This document shows positions 1-13,479 of a stretch of DNA of 64,000 nucleotides, in pieces. Location: NCBI GenBank assembly GCA_951406725.2, contig OX597826.1, positions 57,970,001-58,034,000 on the forward strand, written 5' to 3'. The position numbers were made by a program, and so were the translations under genes. How positions within the stretch are numbered: the stretch's first letter is position 1; each line of letters begins with the position of its first letter. Source of the DNA: Octopus vulgaris (taxonomy: Eukaryota). Under the pieces are notes generated by a model. That model did not search any database. It saw only the letters and a program-made list of their open reading frames with translations, and was not told where the DNA came from.

Positions 1-2316
1 ACTTATACAATGTTATTTTAGTCATTGCAGCTCCTGTTTACAAATAAAGCTGAAATATCTTTGAAATTCACCGCACAGAAAATGTATTCAAATCAGTTTC
101 CTTGAGAAAGCTTTTAAAGTAAATTTCATTAAATGACAAAACATCGTAACTATTGTATAAATAAGTAATTTCAAATCTGTAATCTTAGTTTATTATAACT
201 AGCAAGCTTAGCTTGAAGTAGTATAAAATAGCTTCGATAGCCAATTATAAATTTATAAAAATTAATTTCCAAGATTCATAAGAACGGTTTAAGGTCTTTG
301 AAAAGAATGAAAATTTAATTCATTCATAAGATTTATCATTAGTAATGGAAAATGTATTTGATATTTCGTTTATCTTATCTGATTTGAAAAAAAAGAGAAA
401 AGAAAAACTATTTTAGTTTTATATGAAATGTTAAAAATCAATAATTTATACTAGATAAATTTTAATTATTGTGCAAGTCTAGATGTAAATGTAAATCAAA
501 ACTCCATGCTTCAATTTTTACCTGCTAACTCTTACATAATTATCTTATGCAATTTCAATGCATACAATTATAATGATTTTTAAAACTTTTATTGAAAAGC
601 ATAAGCTATGATACTCTGTGTGTGTGGGTGGGTGAGTGGGTGAGTGTATGGCTCGATTTTGTTTTCCATATGTCCAGTGATTGTATAGTTACTTTAGCTT
701 CAAAATCATTGAGTTATAAATTTTCATGATCCTACTAAAATAATTATTCCTTATTTCAAATGAATAATTTGAAATAATGACTTTATTTAAAAATTTAGAA
801 AACTTGAAAATGATTTTTTTTTTTTTTTTTTGCGAAGCAATAATATAATGGGGGGAAATGTAACAGAAACGACATCTTTGAGAAATCTTAAAACAGTCAA
901 CATTTATATATTTTTGTGTGTGTAAAGAGATTTTCATATTGAGTTACGAGTTTAACAAAATTATTTTAGTAATTCCTCTTTTGTACATATGACACACACT
1001 GCCAAGGGCGAAATATAGATAAGTGCGTTGTTTATTGCAATATAAGTTTAGTGGTTTCGATTAAGACAAAAAGCGAAACTAAACTACTATAATCGGCTGG
1101 CAAATCCACTTCAAAATAAAGACGTATGGCACGTCATTACGGAAACCTTGTATAATCGACCGGACACCAAATGTTTTAAAATAACGTCTATTTAAAGCTT
1201 CGACATAACAGCTCTTTAAGTCATTAGTAAGTAATCCTTAGCAAACTAGAACTATTAGTCGGATGACAGCAATTTGCAACGATAAATACCGCTTACATCC
1301 AAATAAATATATACGAAAACAACTAACGAAGTGAACGAAAGAGCAAAATACAATCGAAATAACTAATTATTTATTTACCTGATAGACGTGAGCAAGAAAT
1401 GATTGTCTCATTAAAAATTAACTTCGATTAGGACTACTAGATTAGCGTTCGACCATATATTAAGACTAATGATTAGCATTCATGTATACACACACACACA
1501 CACACACACACACGCATACACATATGTATACAATAAGTAATCATACGTATGTGTACATAGGTGTGTATATGTGTGTATAGATAGATAGATAGATAGATAT
1601 GTAAGAGCGCGCAGATTGGCAATCATACATATTCTCTTTTTCTCTCGTGAACACGCGCACAAATGCACATATCTACATTTATCGATGTATCTAGCCGAGT
1701 GTATGTGTTGTAATGAAAATGCAATTGTGTTCCAGTTTGCTCTTCAATTTATCAAAGATTTGACATATTTCCTTATTGGTTTCTTATGCTTAGTTTGGAA
1801 CAAAAGTGTTCCGAAATCCATTAACGTTTCAAAACTATCTCGTTCTCCTCAGTTGAATAAAATGATTGTAGTATTAGCGTATTGTTCTTGCGCTTTGCAG
1901 TAATCGGCAAAATGATCATGGGAATACTATTATAACTAATAAAATTGTCAATGGTATACTTAAACTATTCAACAGATAAATCCTTGCAGATTTCATAGAT
2001 TATTTTTACTTGTGCTGCTGTCTACCTAAATTTTGTTCCGTATTTTTTTATTAATAAAGCTTCCATGATACACTTCTCATTCTTTGTGGAATTCTTTATA
2101 AAACGCTAGTGCTGCGAATAAACATTAGTCTGATTTCATTTCGTATGAGTTACAATGCATAGTTTACCGACGAAAAAGTGTTGTACTAGTGTACTTGATA
2201 TAACAGTGTGAATCATGAAGTTTACAATTCTCAGGTTGTGCGAAGTACGTTGATTGGCTCGCAAGGGAGTTATTTCCTGTTAATGAGAATGTCTTCATCC
2301 AAATAGTTTTGTAATG

Positions 2317-2510
2317 TATCGTTAGCCACTACACACATTTTTTCTCTCCTTGTTTCTCTCCTTGTTTTTCTGTGTCCCTTTCTGTAGAAGAGCGTAGGCT
2401 CGAAACGTAAAAGACTTTTTCTATTCCTGAGCGTTATACTAATACATCTGTTTGTTTTGTACACCACCTGTTTTTGTCTTTTGTTTTTTTTCGTAAACTC
2501 TCCCTACATA
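2317..2510 (+). mobile_element. Short hammerhead-bearing element, subfamily H2
   Basis: CTGTAGA-A-GAGC-gtag-GCTC-GAAAC-GTA at 2382-2409; homologous to the inverted copy at 12632-12818; ends in a short TA-rich run. Confidence 0.7.
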
Positions 2511-2518
2511 TATACATT

Positions 2519-2717
2519 GTAACCTCGTGTGTACTGTTGGCGATTTTTTTCCTCTGTCTTCCCTTCTCTGGATCTTTCCTTCTCCTATGTTTCCGACGAA
2601 GAGCTCCGCTCGAAACGTTAACCCTCCTCCTTTCCTTCTTTCCTGAGCGTCCAATAATACCATATTTGTTCCACGTCCTCGTGTTGTTGTGTTTTTTTTG
2701 TGCTTTCTTGTTTGGAT

Positions 2718-2722
<5 letters not shown>
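2519..2722 (+). mobile_element. Short hammerhead-bearing element, subfamily H1
   Basis: CCGACGA-A-GAGC-tcc-GCTC-GAAAC-GTT at 2593-2619; 3' end GGATTAAC runs into (TA)n. Confidence 0.75.
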
Positions 2723-2774
<52 letters not shown>

Positions 2775-3186
2775 CGAGCAGGCAGAATCGTGAGCACACC
2801 AGGCAGCATTTCATCCTGAAATGCTGGCCTTGTGCCAAAATCTGAAACCAATATTTTCGTAATATATTCTACGAGTTTCTGGTTAGGTGTAATATGTTTT
2901 TGTTCAATATGCTTTTATGACGTTAGAGTGCATTTCATTTGCGTAATATACTAATCATTCTACAATTCAACAATTTCTTGCACCTGGACTTAGCCTCTAT
3001 ATACTCCACCCCCACTTGAGCCAAGTCACAATTAGTTTTAAACATACAACTGTTACCTACTAGTAAAGAACTAAGATAAAGTTTGGCCTGCAGCAAAACT
3101 TTGAAATAACTGTCAGATTTATTTTAGTAAAATAATAATTTCTAAATATTAAGTACTTTCTCAGTTAATATTTTTACTGTTTCTCA

Positions 3187-3229
<43 letters not shown>

Positions 3230-4172
3230 ACACACATACTTGGATGTAGGCATGTAAACAAACAAGCACTCTCAGACACTTGGTAATAGCATTGAACAAA
3301 AACAAATTTACATCCAAGTTGAAAGTCAACACCAATTATACTTGTTTAACATCAAACTATTAGCTATTTACTAAAGTATACATTGAATTCTAAGCATTAA
3401 ATTAGTATTTTGCAACGAATTGGAAATTATTTACTTATTATATTTGATATTTGTAATTTCAGGTTGTTTATGTATGCGCTGCTTACCTTGCTTACTAATA
3501 TATATATATATATATATATATCGTTCATGATATATATAAGCGATCTCAGTATATACAATTCGTTCATTTTAAAATCACGTCCTAGTTTATAAATTATATA
3601 TCTAATTTGTTACATAATAAGCGTATATAGACATGGGTTAGTACAACTTCAAATAAATAGCAGCACGACATATTGCATAAAACAAACAATCTTAGGAATA
3701 ATAAAGTTATTTTAATTGAATTTCATTTCATAATGTAAATTAAATATTCAGATAAATTATGGGACCAAACTACGCACGAAACGAAGGCAATACAATGACT
3801 GAGGAGTAGAGACATAGTGAAGTAAATATATTAAACAAACAAACAAAAATATAATAAAATTAATGAAAGAAGGGATGGAAGAATTTTAGAAATAAAAATA
3901 AAAAATGTCTGGAAAATCGATATCTATCGCGGTAATGAATTTCACGTTCTTTCTTCTGAAATTTGAAGAATTATTCGGAAGTACTTTTTCTTTTATTCCT
4001 TTATGTTGCATCTGTATAATGTGTTACTGATCAGGATTCTGCGTCTCCAGACAACGACACAAATAGATTACAACAGGAAGAACTTTTAAAAGACATAAGA
4101 TAAACAAAATTATACAATAGAATTAGAGACAGGGCGAAGAAAGAACAAGAAAGAAAGGAATATATATATATA

Positions 4173-4385
4173 CAAAATGTGACCGCGTGTGTACCGTTGG
4201 CGATTTTTTTCCCTCCGTCTTCCCTTCTCTGGATCTTTCCCTTTCCTATGTTTCTGACGAAGAGCTCCGCCCGAAACGTAAAAGCCCTCCTTTTTCCCTT
4301 CCTTCCTGAGCGTCCAATAATACTATATTTGTTCCATGTCCTCGCGTTGTTGTGTTTTCTCTTTGTGTTTTCATGTTTGGATTAA

Positions 4386-4387
<2 letters not shown>
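4173..4387 (+). mobile_element. Short hammerhead-bearing element, subfamily H1
   Basis: CTGACGA 4254-4260, GAAAC-GTA 4273-4280; (TA)n on both sides. Confidence 0.75.
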
Positions 4388-4440
<53 letters not shown>

Positions 4441-5057
4441 ATATGTACGGGGAAATATATTTCCCGGTATTAACTGACAAATAGGGCGAGGATCATCAAG
4501 TTGAGATGAGGACAAAAAGGTATAGCAATTAATTCATCGCCGTAAGGAGCGACTATTTCACTGGATTGCTGTGCCGGATGTAATACCACCCACGAGAAAA
4601 GTTACCTGCACTAGACTAGCGTACTGTCCAGAGTGAAATGTTTCTCGTCAGCGAAACCAGAAAATAGGAAACGACTCTGAACCACCAAGATCTGTGGAAA
4701 ACCTAATTTAGAGAAAACAGTCTCGTAACGGAAGTCGATGTAAGTTGTAGAGTGGTTAATAAAATTAAGCTGTCCCATTAGGACCTGATTTCAAACACTG
4801 TTTCAGTGAGCGTTACAGCATGTTTAATGTCTACAGATAAGTACCGTGATGAATTATTGACGTTACTCCTCTTTAAAATTATATTAAATAGTATTATCAT
4901 AAGGACATTCTCCAAAATTGGATATTAATATAAGGGCATTTTAGCGGGAAAAAATTATAGTATTAGACAAACTATCATGAGAAATTAACACGTATCCTGT
5001 ATGTTTCAGAATAGGCGAATTTGTGTTTCGTTCCATATATACACCCACAGCGGATCT

Positions 5058-5470
5058 TTTCGGTTTGAACGGCAGTTTTTTCTAGCGGTGTCATATGAAA
5101 TTGTCACCCATAATTATGACCCTAGTATCGATCTATTGCATTTCAATCTATTTTAGGGTTAGGGTTAGGGTTAGGGTGGGGGAAGGGTATCTTTTTTTCT
5201 TCAGAAATGTAAATAAACCCAATCTGCTTCTTAAACGAGGGACGTTTTCATACGGCACAGAATGTTTTCACCTCAATAGACGTCATTGATTGGGTGAAAT
5301 TGCAGAAATTGAAGAAAAAAAAAACAAAAAAATATCTTACAAACTATAGAATTTTCTCAATAAAGCCAAGAGGAAAAAGATGTTTTATAAACACATTCTA
5401 CCAGTATACGAAGTTTAAAAGTGTTTAGTTACGTGGAAATTATTTTTAAAAACTGCCGTTCAAACCGAAA
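5058..5470. mobile_element. MITE-like element with 23-bp TIRs and internal (TTAGGG)4
   Basis: TTTCGGTTTGAACGGCAGTTTTT (5058-5080) is the perfect inverse of 5448-5470; TTAGGG repeats at ~5153-5176. Confidence 0.75.
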
Positions 5471-6153
5471 TGAACAAATATACCCTTGTATCAAAGTTAT
5501 TATCATGATAAACTATAATGTAGAGCGCCGAAGAAAGAATAGTTTTGAAGTATTTAGCTACGTCGCTATAAAAATGTCCGAGTTGAAATCCAGCCGAAAA
5601 GAATTTTTATGGCCTATTTCTTCTTGTGCATCAATAAATATTTACTAAACGTGTGCTAGGATCGATTCAATTGACTATATTTGTGTCAACGTAACAAATT
5701 CTAACAAACAAAAAAATTTCGGGAGTGTTTTACAATGTAAGTGTAGAAGAGTAGCGCAGTGTTATCAACATTTCGTGGATGTGTGTGATTTGATAAGACG
5801 AACAAGGTGTTTGACGGTTGTAACATAACTCGCTAAATCTTCTTCTTCTCTACGTATGGCATCGATCACATTCAAGAGAGATATCGACAATCTTGGGAAG
5901 AGATAGAAAACTCGAAGAATGCAAGAAGAACTGAACACGCCGCAAACGAAATGCAATGAAAAGATTGAGAGAAGAATTAAATTTCACAAACTGCAAGCGA
6001 CTGGCATATTATCACAGAAGTAGAAAGAAATGAGACAAGTTATAATTCGTAGAACGTTGTCTTTGGAAGTTTGTAAGATAAACGGTAAAATACTTAAAGG
6101 TCAGGGATTGAATTAGGTAAGTTGTAACTGTGATGCTTCCGCTGGAAAAATGG

Positions 6154-6190
<37 letters not shown>

Positions 6191-6515
6191 TAATAGATAA
6201 AATATATGCATACGTACAAACATATATGTACGTACCGACATCTACATGTATATATACATGCATATATAAATATATATACGTACAGGACACCACATACACA
6301 CGATGTTTTCACATATATGATTATATGTATATGTACTTATGTAATTGGTTACGCCGAGATGTGCAAAGAAATGTAGTTACGGTTGTGTTTTGCTAACTGT
6401 TGATGATGTGTGTGTTCGTATAGCAAAGGTTATGTGAGCACTTGCAGCTAGTTGGAAACCATACATGCGCGTGTACGTGTTTGTAGCCGGTTGCTGTTCA
6501 AGTATACCTCTTTTT

Positions 6516-6902
6516 TGTGGAGGCGCAATGGCCCAGTGGTTAGGGCAGCGGACTCGCGGTCATAGGATCGCGGTTTCGATTCCCAGACCGGGCGTTGTGA
6601 GTGTTTATTGAGCAAAAACACCTAAAAGCTCCACGAGGCTCCGGCAGGGGATGGTGGTGATCCCTGCTGTACTCTTTAACCACAACTTTCTCTCACTCTT
6701 ACTTCCTGTTTCTGTTGTACCTGTATTTCAAGGGGGCCGGCCTTGTCACTCTCTGTGTCACGCTGAATATCCCCGAGAACTACGTTAAGGGTACACGTGT
6801 CTGTGGAGTGCTCAGCCACTTACACGTTAATTTCACGAGCAGGCTGTTCCGTTGATTCGGATCAACCGGAACCCTCATCGTCGTTACCGACGGAGTGCTT
6901 CC
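6516..6902 (+). mobile_element. tRNA-derived SINE, family 1 with tail A (OR-type-like)
   Basis: tRNA-like head GGAGGCGCAATGGCCCAGTGG...GGTTTCGATTCC (A and B boxes); 12-bp TSD ATACCTCTTTTT at 6504-6515 and 6903-6914. Confidence 0.9.
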
Positions 6903-7960
6903 ATACCTCTTTTTCCATACACACACTCTGCGTGTGTGTATACACGCATAGACATACAAAAGAGAGGCAATATATCAACATGTACCAATGACAATCATTT
7001 TGCTCTTCATTCTTTTAATATTTTACTGATGCCATCACTGGTCCGCAGTCATACTGGAGCAGTACCAGGACTCACAGTCAACAGTAATTATTTCAGTCTT
7101 ATTTCATCGAACTCATCTAATGAAAGACCAAATCTCTTTTCGACCTTCAGTACCTTCTGTTTACACACTCAAGGTATGGGCCAACCCAAATCTAAAGGCC
7201 AACCCAAATCTCTTTTCGACCTACAGTACCTTCTCTTTACACACTCAAGGTATGGGCCAACCCAAATCTAAAGTGTAAGACATTTGTAGAAGGTGCCCAC
7301 GCAGCGAAATCGAACCCGGATCTGCAAAGTTGCCAACACATTTCTTAAAACCACGTAGCTATGCTTGCGTTCAATAACCGAAACGTTAAAGAAAAATATA
7401 GAATATATGTTATTTCTATGGAGGAGAATGTATGTTATGTGTGTATACGTGGAGTGTGTGTGACGAGTATGTAAGATAGACAAGAAAGCGGTGTCAACTC
7501 AGATCTAAAAAATTATAAAATTTTAAAATGAAAACAAGCAAATAGAAACAAATAAACAAGCTAAGTAAACAAGAGGAAGATAAAAAAAATTAAGCAAACA
7601 GAAACTGGATAGGCTGATATGATTTGATATCTAGATAGCACGGTCGGAAAACCATTTGTCAATCTCTGTAAATATTTAGTGACACTAGGACCGTCAATTA
7701 TAATTTAAACAACTAAAACAGAACAACAAAGAGAATAAAATATAATCTAGCTAGACTGTGACATTTTCTTTTATTTTTCTTTGGGGATTTAGCATTGATT
7801 TGATTTCTAATGTAGATGCTTAGATGCAAAGCTATACATTTTAGAAGAGAAGGATCGATTATCCATGGACCCTCAGTACTTGGCTGCTACTATTTTTTTT
7901 TAATCAATTTCAGACTGATGAAAGGCAAAGTAGACTTTAGTGGGGTATATATACCTATAG

Positions 7961-8265
7961 GTGGAGGCGCAATGGCCTAGTGGTTAGGGCAGCGGACTTG
8001 CGTTCGTAGGATCGCGGTTTCGATCCCCAGACCGGGCGTTGTGTGTGTTTATTGAGCGAAAACACTTAAAAGCTCCACGAGACTCCGGCAGGGGGTAGTG
8101 ATCCCTGCTGTACTCTTTCACCACTCTTTCTCCCACTCTTTCTTCTGTTGGCCTGCTCGCTTAGCCAGCGGGGTGGTGTCATTCGAAGGCTAAAACAATG
8201 CGAACGCATTGTGACCAGCGATGTTTAACAACATCTGATGGTCTGGTCGGTCACGTGATCACGTG
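7961..8265 (+). mobile_element. tRNA-derived SINE, family 1 with tail B
   Basis: Same head as 6516, different 3' half ending (TCACGTGA)2; 12-bp TSD ATATACCTATAG at 7949-7960 and 8266-8277. Confidence 0.9.
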
Positions 8266-8891
8266 ATATACCTATAGAGTGTTATCTAAGCTTTAATAAA
8301 GCTTCTAACTCAGAGAAGAAATAAGTGAAGTAAGACCCCCTGGATATTACTGTTTGTATCCTGGTACTCATAGTACCGCGCACCCGGTTTCCATAGCATA
8401 TATCTGACCAAGATAACAGCATTTCCCTGAACAGGTTGCCAGTCCACCGTAAAGTTATTCATTTACAGCTGAGGAACTGAAGCAACGTGAAATGAAGTGT
8501 TTTACTAAAGAACGCAACGCACCGCCCGGTCCGAGTATCGAAACGTCGATCTTGCAACACCCTAACCGCCCGGTGACGCGCCAACATTCCTAACTTAGAC
8601 ACACAACCTAGAAATGTAAGGAGGTGGCGGGTAGCTGGCGGAACCTAGCTGAATCACCCAAGTACTTAATTTACGATGTAAGGGAAAATATTAACATCTG
8701 GGATTTGAATGCAAAACATAAAGTAATATTACTAAATACTACAAGATATTTGTCTGAAACTCATCTCATTCGTCCATCTACCAGTCAATCCTAGATTTTA
8801 ATTGTAATTTCTGACTTTCACACTAAGCCACAGATTAGAGGCGTGGTAAAAGTTAGTCAGTTGAATAGATGAGCTATATTACTGGTATTTA

Positions 8892-9123
8892 AGGCGGCGA
8901 GCTGGTAGAAACGTTAGCACGCCGGGCGAAATTCGTAGCCGTATTTCGTCTGTCGTTACGTTCCGAGTTCAAATTCCGCCGAGGTCGACTTTGCCTTTCA
9001 TCCTTTCGGGGTCGATAAATTAAGTACCAGTTACGCACTGGGGTCAATGTAGTCGACTTAATCCCTTTGTCTGTCCTTGTTTGTCCCCTCTGTGTTTAGC
9101 CCCTTGTGGGTAGTAAAGAAATA
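8892..9123 (+). mobile_element. SINE family 2 (MetaSINE-like)
   Basis: GGCGGCGAGCTGG head, GAGTTCAAATTCC B box, Meta-like domain GCCTTTCATCCTTTCGGGGTCGATAAATTAAGTACCAG; 17-bp TSD TATATTACTGGTATTTA at 8875-8891 and 9124-9140. Confidence 0.9.
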
Positions 9124-9736
9124 TATATTACTGGTATTTATTTTATCGAGCTCGGAGGATATGAACACAGAACATAAAAAGAAACGTAAATAAACACAGT
9201 AAAACACCTAGGCAGCTGATTGTTATTAGTCTTTAGACTAAGTTCTCATGTTGGTTATAATAACGTATAAATGAGTTTGCGATAAATTACTTTGAAAAGA
9301 CAATTAGTTAAATTTTTTTTAGTTTATTAAAACAAACCAAAATGAAAATAATAATGATAACCATTTAATTTTATACTCAACGTAGACTGTCATTAGTTGA
9401 TCGAAATAATTAACACATAATTTGCAATGTTATTTATTTATTCATTTACTGTATTCTGGCAGAAATTACATATTTAGAATAAATGCATTCGCTACGATTT
9501 AATGTAACCGCTCTTGCTGTAGGTGCAATATAAGTGGACGAAACATTAACATACAAATTCTCATGGTTAAAACTGTTTCGTGATCTAGTAACTGTTTTTT
9601 TTTACTGTCTCTGGGCAACCTGAGTACACACGTACAATTAAGAAACTGACCTGGTCCTGATGTATATCGAAACTATATGAAGTATCTATGAACTCACGAT
9701 TGTTTAGGGGCAATACACCACCTTACTCCACATAGC

Positions 9737-9773
<37 letters not shown>

Positions 9774-9777
<4 letters not shown>

Positions 9778-9982
9778 ATCAAACAAGAAAGCACAAAAAA
9801 AACACAACACCGCGAGGACGTGGAACAAATATAGTATTATTGGACGCTCAGGAAAGAAGGAAAGGAGGAGGGCTTAACGTTTCGAGCGGAGCTCTTCGTC
9901 GGAAACATAGGAGAAGGAAAGATCCAGAGAGGGAAGACAGAGGAAAAAAATCGCCAACGGTACACACGAGGTCACATTTTGA
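9774..9982 (-). mobile_element. Short hammerhead-bearing element, subfamily H1
   Basis: Reverse complement of 2519-2722; core CCGACGA 9902-9896, GAAAC 9883-9879; (TA)n on both sides. Confidence 0.75.
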
Positions 9983-10032
<50 letters not shown>

Positions 10033-11203
10033 AGAGGGAGAGAGAGAGAGAGATACGATTACATATACATAGGTAATGTAAAGCTTGAGATATATATATA
10101 TATCAGAAGGCAGAATCATTAGCACGTCAGATAAATTATTTGGACGGCATTTCGTCTGGCTCTTTTACGTTTTCAGTTCCAATTTCGTCACGGTTAACTT
10201 TGCATATCATATCTCCCGGTTGGATAAAACAAATTACGAGTCAAGTACTGGGATGTTTGTGATTTACTGGTCTCCTACACTTGGACCCTACAATGGACCG
10301 GCGTCCCGATTAAGGGGAATGTTGTGATCTCAGTCACTTATATACGTCCTAGAAACCAGGTAACCGGCCTTGTGCGTCCCACGACTCGAGAAAATTAATG
10401 TGTGTGTATGTATATATATATATATGAGAGAGAGGTTTATTAACGAAGCTGAGAAAATTAATCTGTTTTGACTGAGAAACCTCAGGAAGACTTGTTCACG
10501 TTCTTGCTGATGAGGTCAACTCTGATCAAGCCGGCTTAAGGTCAAGGAAAGGTGTGTAAACCACGATTAACTTATTTTTTCCCATCATCCAATGTGCCTT
10601 TCGCCTTTTAAAAGAGTAGAGGACGATTTAAAGAAAAGCTGATACTTCTGGCAAGTAGAACAACTGACTGTGCTCCGCTGTTGACTCCTTCAGTTTTAAG
10701 TACTGAATATAAAAGGAAGATGTGAATGTTATTCGATTGATTACCCTTTTAACATTCTAATTTGCTTGATAAAAAGGCATTTTGTAATTAACAGCAGAAT
10801 TGCTGGTGCGTCTGAAAGCATGATTTGCTGTATATATTCCGGGTCTTTACGTTCTGAATTCAAATCCCTATGTAATCAATTTCGCTTTTCATTCTCTCGC
10901 GTTCAATAAAATAAAGTACCAGTTAAGTACTGGTATCGCTGATGTCAACTAAACTTAATCTCTCAAAAAAAAAAAAAAAAAAGCAAATTCAACATTTTTA
11001 GTAATTTCAAATAAGCTTACATGTAGTCTAAACAAGGCTGCTTCTCTCTTTCTCTCGCACACACATACAAAACTTCGTTGTATCGCGTATGTAAAAAATT
11101 GCTTTTATACGTTTTTTTTTCTTTCATGTTCTTCTGAACAACGCATATAACGTCGGCCACTTAACGAAATTACATATTTTGGAGACGCACCAGACACAGA
11201 AGT

Positions 11204-11585
11204 GGAAGCACTCCGTCGGTTACGACGATGAGGGTTCCGGTTGATCCGACCAACGGAACAGCCTGCTCGTGAAATTAACGTGTAATTGGCTGAGCACTCC
11301 ACAGACACGTGTACCCTCAACGTAGTTCTCGGGGATATTCAGCATGACACAGAGAGTGGCAAGGCCGGCCCTTTGAAATACAGGTACAACAGAAACAGGA
11401 AGAAAGAGTGAGAGAAAGTTGTGGTGAAAGAGTACAGCAGGGATCACCACCATTCCCTGCCGGAGCCTCGCGGAGCTTTAGGTGTTTTCGCTCAATAAAC
11501 ACTCACAACGCCCGGTCTGGGAATCGAAACCGCGATCCTACGACCGCGAGTCCACTGCCCTAACCACTGGGTCATTGCGCCTCCA
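11204..11585 (-). mobile_element. tRNA-derived SINE, family 1 with tail A
   Basis: Inverse of 6516-6902; 13-bp TSD CAGACACAGAAGT at 11191-11203 and 11586-11598. Confidence 0.9.
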
Positions 11586-12549
11586 CAGACACAGAAGTAC
11601 GGTTTAATGAAACTGAGATGCAGAAACTGTTTCTACTCGGGAAGAATTTTCAACAGTTACTAATAATCATTTGAAATTTAGGAGTAATTGAGAATGATAA
11701 GGAAGTTATCAACACCAATACTACTTGACTTGCAACTTATTCTATTGGCCCCGAAAGGATAAAAGGCAAAACTAAATTCGGCGGGATTTGAAACTAGAAC
11801 AGAAAGAACAAGAATACTGCAAATCATTTCTCCGATGCACCAACGACTTTTACGAGCACGCCGCCTCCTGACAGTGACTAAAATAACAATGATTCGTAAC
11901 AGACAACGCCGCAAATGTGTGGCGAAAGGAAATCGTTGATTAAAAATATCGAAATTAAAATTCCGAAATTGAGATAAATTTCCTAAGCTGGATTGAGCAC
12001 AGAATCACATACTGGCTTTGTTAATGATTGAGTGGAATTTAATAGATTTTTTTTATGTATTCATCATGTGTGTGTGTGTGTGTGCACGCGCGCAACATTG
12101 AACATTTGATGAATTTAAAAATATACACAATAAAATGGTAGCTATTTCCGTAAGCAGACGAAATCGTGAATAAGTCGAAGATCAATGTGACCATAAACCG
12201 TTTGCATATCGTATAGAATATTGCGTAATTCGTGTATCCAATTGAAAGTCGATCTGAAATCAGCAGCGTTTGATGCGGGATAGACAAACTGTTATATAAC
12301 TATACGGATATATACGTATATACATACTACCAATAAAACTGGTGTATACATAGACACTAAAAGACATATACGTATATACTCACACATGTATACATACACA
12401 TATATAAACATTAACATTATATCAACAAAAGTTATATAATATACATATTACACATTAAAGTTTTACACACATTCACACATAGATATATACATACATACAC
12501 AAAGTTTTATATGTATGTATATATATATATATATATACATACATATAAA

Positions 12550-12631
<82 letters not shown>

Positions 12632-12632
<1 letters not shown>

Positions 12633-12818
12633 CGGGAAAATTTACGAAAATAAACAAAAGACGAAGGCGGGTGGAGTACAAACAAACAAATGTATTAGTA
12701 TAGCGCTCAGGAATAGAAAAAGTCTTTTACGTTTCGAACCTAGGCTCTTCGACAGAAAGATACACAGAAAAAAACAAGGAGAGAAAAAAATGCGTGTAGG
12801 AGCTAACAATCTATCATG
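12632..12818 (-). mobile_element. Short hammerhead-bearing element, subfamily H2
   Basis: CTGTCGA-A-GAGC-ctag-GTTC-GAAAC-GTA on the minus strand at 12755-12728; (TA)n on both sides. Confidence 0.7.
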
Positions 12819-13246
12819 ATATATATATATATGATTTATACCAACGTTTACTAAGGAATATTTGCATAGATTTTAGCTCTCTTAATTATTACCAACATCA
12901 TGCGTAAAGCGACGACTACATGTGTGTGCGCGTGTGTACATGTCAATATAGCTCGCTAGCAGAATCGCTGGTGCGTCTGAAAGCGTGATTTGCTGTATAT
13001 ATTCCTGGTCTTTACGTTCTGAATTCAAATCCCTATGTAATCAATTTCGCTTTTCATTCTCTCGTGTTCAATAAAATAAAGTACCAATTAAGTACTGGTA
13101 TCGCTGATGTCAACTAAACTTCATCTCTCTCTCAAAAAAAACAAAACAAAATAAACTTGTCAGCGAGAGTAAATTATTAGAGGCTGAAATTTCCTTGAAC
13201 CGTTACCCAGAATTTTGCCTTTAAACGATTGACGGTTAATAGGGTA

Positions 13247-13479
13247 AGGCGGCGAGCTGGCAGAAACGTTAGCACGCCGGGCGAATGCGTAGCCGTATTT
13301 CGTCTGCCGTTACGTTCTGAGTTCAAATTCCGCCGGGGTTGACTTTGCCTTTCATCCTTTCGGGGTCGATAAATTAAGTACCAGTTATGCACTGGAGTCG
13401 ATGTAATCGACTTAATCCGTTCGTCTGTCCTTGTTCGTCTGTCCTCTATGTTTAGCCCCTTGTGGGCAATAAAGAAATA
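13247..13479 (+). mobile_element. SINE family 2 (MetaSINE-like)
   Basis: Full-length match to 8892-9123. Confidence 0.88.

Noticed and set aside
4444-4600. TGTACGGGG start suggestive of an LTR end
   Set aside because: No matching CA end, TSD, second LTR or primer-binding site visible.
5153-5176. Telomere or chromosome fusion scar
   Set aside because: Only four units, lying inside a TIR element.
6518-6592. tRNA-like sequence (and other SINE heads)
   Set aside because: Part of TSD-flanked SINEs; no convincing acceptor stem, so not tRNA genes.
10504-10530. CTGATGAG hammerhead-like start (also CTGATGT...GAAAC near 9657)
   Set aside because: No downstream GAAA in the first case; broken core and no stems in the second.
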